From a bacterium (lineage in GTDB: Bacteria > Desulfobacterota > DSWW01), in contig JBFLZG010000008.1 of assembly GCA_040756235.1 (NCBI GenBank), positions 16,695 to 80,694 on the forward strand: 64,000 nt of DNA. Direction: 5' to 3'. The notes beneath the pieces were generated by a model. It ran no database searches and had not been told where the DNA came from. It saw only the letters and a list, made by a program, of their open reading frames with translations. Shown one piece after another: positions 58,464 to 64,000 of this stretch; position 1 is the stretch's first letter; every line of letters begins with the position of its first letter. The translations under genes were made by a program, and so were the position numbers.

Positions 58464-59990
58464 GTGAACGGAAAGAAACCCCTGACGGCGGTCTTCCTTG
58501 CCTGCTCGGCCTGCGTTTTCTTCTTCCCTTTCCGCTCGCAAGGCGCCTGGATCGAAAGCCTGGGCCAGAGCGCCCGAGCCAGCGCCATGGGGAACGCCTA
58601 CATAGCGGTCGCGGACGACCTTTCGGCCGTCTGGTACAACCCGGCCGGCCTCACCCAGCTGATCGGCGGGAAGAAAGTCGACCACGTCTTTGGGGTCGCG
58701 GTCAACACCGTGCGCACCACCATTGACGAGCCTCTGGCGAGCCCGCGGTCCGGAAGCAGCCACTACGACGGCACGCTCGAGAGTCTCATACCGATCCTGC
58801 ACTTCAACTTCGGACTGGAGATCGGCGAGCGCATCTACCTCGCGCCGTTCCCGTTCTACGTGACGCACGTGGGAGGCACCAAGTTCCCGGAGACGATCGG
58901 CGATGCTCGCTTCAGCGGCTACTTCGACGCCTTTTTCTTCATGAACTGGATGCCCACGATCGCCTATCGTCTCCATGAGAAGGTGTCGGTCGGGGTCGGC
59001 CTGCACGTGAACGCATTCAACCAGATCAAGGCCCAGCAAAAGCTCGGGGACGGCTACCTCTTGGGCGGCGTCTCGGCCCTCTTTCCCGGCACGGCCCCCG
59101 AGAACTTCACCGGGAACCCGATCCTGAGCGCGCTCTTTCTCGACGGCCAGGACGACGGGAAGCTCCTCATCCGGACCGACAGCGAGTTTCCGACCGGCAT
59201 CCGGCCGATCAACGACGTGGATATCAACTTCAAGGACCTGGGCTTCGGTATCGGGGTCCTGTTCGAGCCGACCGACTGGCTCCGGATCGGCACGAACTAC
59301 CGCTCCGAGATGGCGGTACACACCGAAGGGGAGATGGCCCTCCTCGTGAACCCCTCCGACCCCCTGGTCGCTTTCACCCAGAGCGGCATCCTCTTCCCTC
59401 CCGTGCAGAGCGATACGGAGCGTTTCGATCTGGTCTTCCGCCTCCCGACCCAGCTCGGCTTCGGCATCGCCATAGAGCCTTTGCCATGGCTGCTCTGGTC
59501 CGTGGACTACACCTGGACCGACTGGGGGCGCTCGAGACGCCAGGACGAGCTATTCATCAGGGGAGACGGTCTCGGCCCTCCCCACGTAACGAAGTTCGTG
59601 GTGCCGCGTCACTGGAAATCGGTCCACTCCGTGCGCACCGGGGCGGAGGTCCGTCTCTCCCCGAGGCTTTCCCTTCAGGGGGGGTTCTGGTACGACCCGT
59701 CCCCGGTTCCGGACCGCTACTACAGCGTGACCTCGGGCATGAACGACTATTTCATCTATTCCTTCGGAGCGGGCTACCGGGGTCTCCTGGACGGCCGCCT
59801 GGACGTCAATACGTTCTTTCTCTACCTGGCGAGCAGCACGCGGCGCATTGCGGTGGGAGAGAGCCAGATTCTGGGAGGAGTGAGTAAGTTCGCGAACCCT
59901 CTCATCGGGGTCTCCCCCAACCGGGATTTCTCCATGGAAGTCGACGGGGACGTGATCACCTGGGGCGTCGATTTCACGATGCACTTCTGA
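58464..59990 (+). CDS. OmpP1/FadL-family outer-membrane transporter
   Basis: Signal peptide; ARASAMGNAYIAVADDLSAVWYNPAGL; PTIAYR; WTDW; YDPSPVP; terminal Phe. Confidence 0.92.
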   Translation: MNGKKPLTAVFLACSACVFFFPFRSQGAWIESLGQSARASAMGNAYIAVADDLSAVWYNPAGLTQLIGGKKVDHVFGVAVNTVRTTIDEPLASPRSGSSHYDGTLESLIPILHFNFGLEIGERIYLAPFPFYVTHVGGTKFPETIGDARFSGYFDAFFFMNWMPTIAYRLHEKVSVGVGLHVNAFNQIKAQQKLGDGYLLGGVSALFPGTAPENFTGNPILSALFLDGQDDGKLLIRTDSEFPTGIRPINDVDINFKDLGFGIGVLFEPTDWLRIGTNYRSEMAVHTEGEMALLVNPSDPLVAFTQSGILFPPVQSDTERFDLVFRLPTQLGFGIAIEPLPWLLWSVDYTWTDWGRSRRQDELFIRGDGLGPPHVTKFVVPRHWKSVHSVRTGAEVRLSPRLSLQGGFWYDPSPVPDRYYSVTSGMNDYFIYSFGAGYRGLLDGRLDVNTFFLYLASSTRRIAVGESQILGGVSKFANPLIGVSPNRDFSMEVDGDVITWGVDFTMHF

Positions 59991-60106
59991 CTTCCCGCCG
60001 TCGCGGCCGAGGCGGCCTCCCCGGCAGAATCTCCCCGACGCGCGGCGTGAGCGGCAGGCCGGCCTGCCTGCTGGCCGGCCTGCCGGCGGCGCAAGGAGGG
60101 CGCGCG

Positions 60107-60400
60107 ATGAGGGGCATTCCCCTGTTCTGCCGGAGCCTCCTACTGGTCGCAGCCACGGCCGCCCTGAGCTGGGCACAAACAGCGCTGAAGTACCTGGAAG
60201 ACGGGGTGAAGAACTGCCCGGAGAACGACCTCGGGCGCCTGTATCTGGCCGAGGCGCTCCATGACGCGGGCAAGACGGAACAGGCGAGAGAGCAGCTCGA
60301 GGCGATCTTCCACCACGCGCCCGCCCCGGACCCGAGGTTCGCCCCGGAATACCCCTACATCAGGTCCCGTGCCGAGGAGCTGTCGAAAGAGCTCGAATGA
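60107..60400 (+). CDS. Short exported TPR-like protein (possibly internally deleted)
   Basis: AAGGAGG RBS; signal peptide directly followed by ALKYLEDGVKNCPENDLGRLYLAEALHDAGKTEQAREQL. Confidence 0.6.
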   Translation: MRGIPLFCRSLLLVAATAALSWAQTALKYLEDGVKNCPENDLGRLYLAEALHDAGKTEQAREQLEAIFHHAPAPDPRFAPEYPYIRSRAEELSKELE

Positions 60401-60420
60401 GGGAAGGCCTCGTCGGGCAG

Positions 60421-60635
60421 CGGATCCCCGCTTCCGAGGCTATGTCTTACTCCGTCATCCCAACCCCACCGCGAAGCGCGTGAGCCTGCATGAAGAGGGC
60501 GCCCGGCCGGTCGCCCCTACGAATTACGGGAAGCAGGGACTGGGTTCCAGCCTGCGAGGCTGTGTCACAATTCGTCATCCCGGCCCATGTGCCGCATGAT
60601 TTCCGTCCTTCCGGCGAAGGCCGGAATCCAGTCCC
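60421..60635. repeat. Mixed REP-like cluster
   Basis: gggcgcccggccggtcgcccctac (GTAG type), gtcatcccggccc and gtccttccggcgaaggccggaatccagt (GTCAT type). Confidence 0.65.
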
Positions 60636-62085
60636 TGCGCCCAGTTACCACAGCTGGTCCTGGTGCACCCTCGGCGGTGTTCCAGGTCAGGCGACATCCC
60701 ATGTGCGTGCAAGCGGGAGCAACGGCGTGCAGCACGCCGGCTTCATCCCGATACGCAGCGGCTTTCCCGCCCCGGCACCGTACCACGGCAGCCTGGCCCG
60801 AGGGGAGCTTTTCCACCGCCGGAGCGAACACGCTCTTCAATCTGTCGGCGAGGAAGCGCTTGCCCACGTTCAGGTTCTCGATCAGAAAGCTCCGGGGGGA
60901 GCGCAGGAAATCGAGCCGGCCGGGATCGAACAGGGACGCCCAGGGATTGGGGCGGCCTTGAAGGAGATCGCTGAAGATCATGGCGGCCGCGGTGCCGGTG
61001 CTGAGGCCCCACTTCTGAAAGCCCGTGGCCACGAGGATCCGCTTGGAAGTGAACGGCATCCAGCCGATGAAGGGGACCCCGTCCGACGGCATGTAGTCCT
61101 GGGCGGACCAGCGATGGACGACCGCCCGCACCGGGAAGACCCGCCTGCACCAGCTCTCGAGCGCCTGATAGTGCTTCCGTGTGTCCGGGCTCTGCCCGAC
61201 CTTGTGGCTTTCGCCCACGACGATCACCCGCTGGCCCTCACCCATCGGGCGCACGGAACGCGTGGGCTGCTCCGCGCTCAAGTGCATGCCGCCGGGCACG
61301 GGGCCGTCGAGCTCGACACACAGCCCATAGGAGCGCTCCGGATGGGTTCTGGCGAAGAAGACCCCGGGGTCAGCGAAAGGCAGCAGCGTCGCCAGCACGA
61401 TGCGTTCGGCCTCGATGGTCCCTTGCGTGGTGCGCACCGAGCACCTGGCGTCCTTCCCGGTTTCGATCCAAACCGCCCGGGACTCTTCGAAGATCCTGCC
61501 TCCGGCCGAGTCCGTAAAGGCCCTGGCCAGCCCTACACAGTAACGATAAGGGTCGAGCTGGGCCTGATTTTCGAACCGCACGGCGCCTCGGATCGGAAAC
61601 GGAAGCTCGCTCCGCTCGGCGAAGCTCGCGGGCAGGCCCGCGGTCAATGCGGCATGGACCTCGCGCTGGATTCTGTTCAGCAGCGCCGGGTCGCACGTGT
61701 AGGTGTAGGCGGGCTGCCGCTGGAAGAGGCACTCGATCCCGTGCTCGGTCACGAGCGAGGCCAGCCTTTCGATGCCTGCCTGGTTCGCCTCTCCATACCT
61801 CCGCGCCCCTTCCGTTCCGAAGCGCGCCGCAATGCGTGAGTAAGCGAGCCCGTGGAGCGAGGTCACCTTGGCCGTGGAATAACCCGTGACGCCGGTCCCG
61901 ATTTTGAGGGCCTCCAGGAGCGCCACCCTGGCCCCGGTCCGCGCGACCAGCAGGGCCGTGGTCAGCCCCGTGATGCCGCCGCCCACCACGGCCACGTCGG
62001 CTCTTTCCGTCCCGTGGAGCTGCGGGTAGTGCGTCTTCGGCTGCGCGGCCCAGACCGACCTGTTCTCGCGGAGCGCGCCGGCCAT
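60565..62085 (-). CDS. FAD-dependent oxidoreductase with truncated Rieske domain (YhfW-like)
   Basis: VVGGGITG; GYSTAK; WSAQDY; GFQKWG; CTHMGC present but second Rieske CxxH box missing. Confidence 0.88.
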   Translation of the reverse strand: MAGALRENRSVWAAQPKTHYPQLHGTERADVAVVGGGITGLTTALLVARTGARVALLEALKIGTGVTGYSTAKVTSLHGLAYSRIAARFGTEGARRYGEANQAGIERLASLVTEHGIECLFQRQPAYTYTCDPALLNRIQREVHAALTAGLPASFAERSELPFPIRGAVRFENQAQLDPYRYCVGLARAFTDSAGGRIFEESRAVWIETGKDARCSVRTTQGTIEAERIVLATLLPFADPGVFFARTHPERSYGLCVELDGPVPGGMHLSAEQPTRSVRPMGEGQRVIVVGESHKVGQSPDTRKHYQALESWCRRVFPVRAVVHRWSAQDYMPSDGVPFIGWMPFTSKRILVATGFQKWGLSTGTAAAMIFSDLLQGRPNPWASLFDPGRLDFLRSPRSFLIENLNVGKRFLADRLKSVFAPAVEKLPSGQAAVVRCRGGKAAAYRDEAGVLHAVAPACTHMGCRLTWNTAEGAPGPAVVTGRRDWIPAFAGRTEIMRHMGRDDEL

Positions 62086-62171
62086 CGGCCCTCCTCCTCA
62101 CGAACGCATCCCGCGGCGGGCGGCCCATCGGGCACACGGCTGTTCGGCTCCTCGGAGCCTTTGCACGGATC

Positions 62172-62453
62172 TCAACAAAGGTGCTGCACCCGCGTTGCGT
62201 CGGACTCGGAGCCTGTCCCGTCGGCATGCGCCGGTAGGGCGCACAGGTCCTTTCTCAGCTCCGAGATGTGTTGTTCCTGGAGGGTTCCTACTTCACGCAG
62301 CTCATCGAGGCTCAGCAACGGCCCGTGATTGGCACGGTACCGCAGTATGGCTGAAGCCCTTCCCTCTCCGATCCAGGAAATGCGCATCAGGTCTTCCATC
62401 GTGGCTACATTGATGTTGATTTTTCTCCTGATCTCTTCTCTGTGCTCGCCCAT
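62172..62453 (-). CDS. ComEA-like helix-hairpin-helix DNA-binding protein
   Basis: KININVATMEDLMRISWIGEGRASAILRYRANHGPLLSLDELREV; start uncertain. Confidence 0.8.
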   Translation of the reverse strand: MGEHREEIRRKININVATMEDLMRISWIGEGRASAILRYRANHGPLLSLDELREVGTLQEQHISELRKDLCALPAHADGTGSESDATRVQHLC

Positions 62454-62712
62454 CTCTGATCTCCCAAGCGCCTCGGTCCGGTCTGCGGGCACCCCGGCCT
62501 GCGGGCGGCCCCGAGGCGCTTCTGTGGCGCTGCCGGTCTTCATGACCATCCTTTAGATGCAGGAAATTCGTGGAAAATCGCGCCGTGCCGGGCGTGCACG
62601 ACCGCTGTTCCCCTCCGCGGTACGGGTGCATCTAAGGCGATGAAGGAGATCTCAGGCCCGGCCGAGAATTAGATACAGTAAGAATATCAACGACATAGGG
62701 AGGCTCTTTGAG

Positions 62713-62856
62713 ATGGCAACATGTGGACTGTGCGGCATCGACGTAGACCAGGATCCTCACATCACCTCCGAAGGTGACTGCAGCGAGTGCGGAGTCGAGC
62801 TCGCCATGCAGGCAGAGGAGCTGGAAGAGATCGAAGAAGAAGAGGAAGAACCCTGA
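62713..62856 (+). CDS. 47-aa zinc-ribbon protein with poly-Glu tail (not in ORF track)
   Basis: GGGAGG RBS; MATCGLCGIDVDQDPHITSEGDCSECGVELAMQAEELEEIEEEEEEP*; followed by a hairpin. Confidence 0.75.
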   Translation: MATCGLCGIDVDQDPHITSEGDCSECGVELAMQAEELEEIEEEEEEP

Positions 62857-62870
62857 CAACAGACTCTGCG

Positions 62871-62898
62871 TGCGGCCCTTCGGGCTCGAAGGGCCGCA
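62871..62898 (+). terminator. Stem-loop after small zinc-ribbon gene
   Basis: TGCGGCCCTTCG-GGCT-CGAAGGGCCGCA, perfect 12-bp stem; no U-tract. Confidence 0.5.
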
Positions 62899-62992
62899 AC
62901 AGGGCTTCCATCCGCGACCCGCCCCCTTGATTCTCTTGCCTCTCCTCATCTCACGTGGCTCGACAGGTCTGTAGGACTCGCCTTCCGAGGCC

Positions 62993-63778
62993 GTGCCGGC
63001 CCGCACCCGGGAGGTTGCATGCACGGCCCGGGGCGGCCAGAATGAAAGCTCGCCGGTTTCCGGGCGGACTGGAACACAGGTGCTCGAGCATGGATCGCGG
63101 AAGAGCGTCGAAGAAAGGATCGGCAGACATTTGGACAAGCGCGCAAGGCGTGCCGGCCGCACAGAACCTGCCCCCGGGCACCGCATCTTTCTGCTCTCGC
63201 CGGCGCTCTGTCACGGCGAGCGCGCCAAGCTGCTGCTCGGCGAGAGGGGCAAGTCTCCCCTCGCTCTGCATCTCCGATCCGGAGGCAAGGCGGCGCTCGG
63301 CGAGGTCTTCACCTTCGTGAGCGGCCTTTACTTCCGCGCCAAGCTGGCTTACGCGTCCGCCTTCGCGAGCCCGCCGCCGCACTGCGAGGGCACTCTGGTG
63401 ATCACGCCGGACCGCGGGCTACTTCCTCCCGGCACCATGATCGGCCTGGACGAGCTCAGGGCCTTCGCCGGCATCGACATCGCCCACCGGGACCCGCGCT
63501 TTCTCCACCCCTTCCGGCGGGATGCCTCGGCCCTGGCCATCCGCGCGGGGGCCGGCTGCCGCATCGTGCTCCTGGGCAGCCTCGCGCCCAGGAAGTATCT
63601 GGACGTCCTGTTCGACGGATTGGCCGACCGCCTGCATTACCCCAGCGACTTCGTCGGCAAGGGGGACATGGTCCGTGGATGCATCCTGCTCGCCGCCGTC
63701 CGCGAGATGAGCGAGCTTCCCTACGCACCCGCTTCGGAACGTTCCGCCCCCCTGCCGAGCCGGTCCGGCTCCGCGTGA
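62993..63778 (+). CDS. Hypothetical protein (true start probably near 63080-63131)
   Basis: Protein-like core RIFLLSPA...FVSGLYFRAKLAYA...VLLGSLA..KY...FVGKGDMVRGCILL. Confidence 0.7.
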   Translation: MPARTREVACTARGGQNESSPVSGRTGTQVLEHGSRKSVEERIGRHLDKRARRAGRTEPAPGHRIFLLSPALCHGERAKLLLGERGKSPLALHLRSGGKAALGEVFTFVSGLYFRAKLAYASAFASPPPHCEGTLVITPDRGLLPPGTMIGLDELRAFAGIDIAHRDPRFLHPFRRDASALAIRAGAGCRIVLLGSLAPRKYLDVLFDGLADRLHYPSDFVGKGDMVRGCILLAAVREMSELPYAPASERSAPLPSRSGSA

Positions 63779-64000
63779 GGGAACCGGTGGCCGCGGCAGG
63801 GGCAGGTTTGAAACCTGCCCCTGCCGCGGATGACCTGCTGCGAGGTGCCCGCCCGGGCATGAGAATCCCACAAAAATCCAGCCCTCTACGTGACCGGTGC
63901 TGTCCTTCGGAGCATCCAACAGCAGACAAGCCTTTCGAGGATTCTCTGTAAACAGCGGCCTGCCCCAGCGCTTTTGGGACAGCCTTCAAACAGGGCCACG

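Overview
GC-rich bacterial window, most consistent with a deltaproteobacterial (Desulfobacterota-like) chromosome; the taxonomy is inferred from gene content only. Positions 1-43.4 kb are one motility and signalling supercluster. It starts with the flagellar basal-body operon (flgB-flgC-fliE-fliF, minus strand) behind a sigma-54 promoter, a FleS/FleR-like two-component pair, a TPR protein, a NarL-type regulator and a cheY + HAMP-cheZ operon. Chemosensory cluster 1 follows (cheW-SBP-mcp-cheR-HDOD-cheA-cheD-cheY-cheX-cheB), then a VWA + coiled-coil pair and a c-di-GMP triad (HD-GYP, GGDEF, PilZ). Cluster 2 is XRE-HTH, REC-PP2C, anti-sigma kinase, STAS, hybrid cheA, mcp, cheW, cheB, cheR and a 2236-aa hybrid kinase. 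Five sigma-28-like promoters with 15-bp spacers (plus one with a 16-bp spacer) and three sigma-54-like promoters can be read directly. Positions 43.4-64 kb are mixed: a hydrolase, a divergent GlpX-like protein, a SLOG protein, CapA, a PKD surface protein, AraC + acyl-CoA dehydrogenase, dodecin, a lower-GC sulfotransferase segment beside tRNA-Leu(TAA), FadL, a Rieske-truncated oxidoreductase, a ComEA-like protein and a 47-aa zinc-ribbon protein missing from the ORF track. Several families of non-autonomous repeats (MITE-like, REP-like, heptamer tracts) sit between genes and have partly been absorbed into them. No CRISPR, rRNA, integrase or transposase was seen. All family assignments come from motif recognition by eye, not from database searches.
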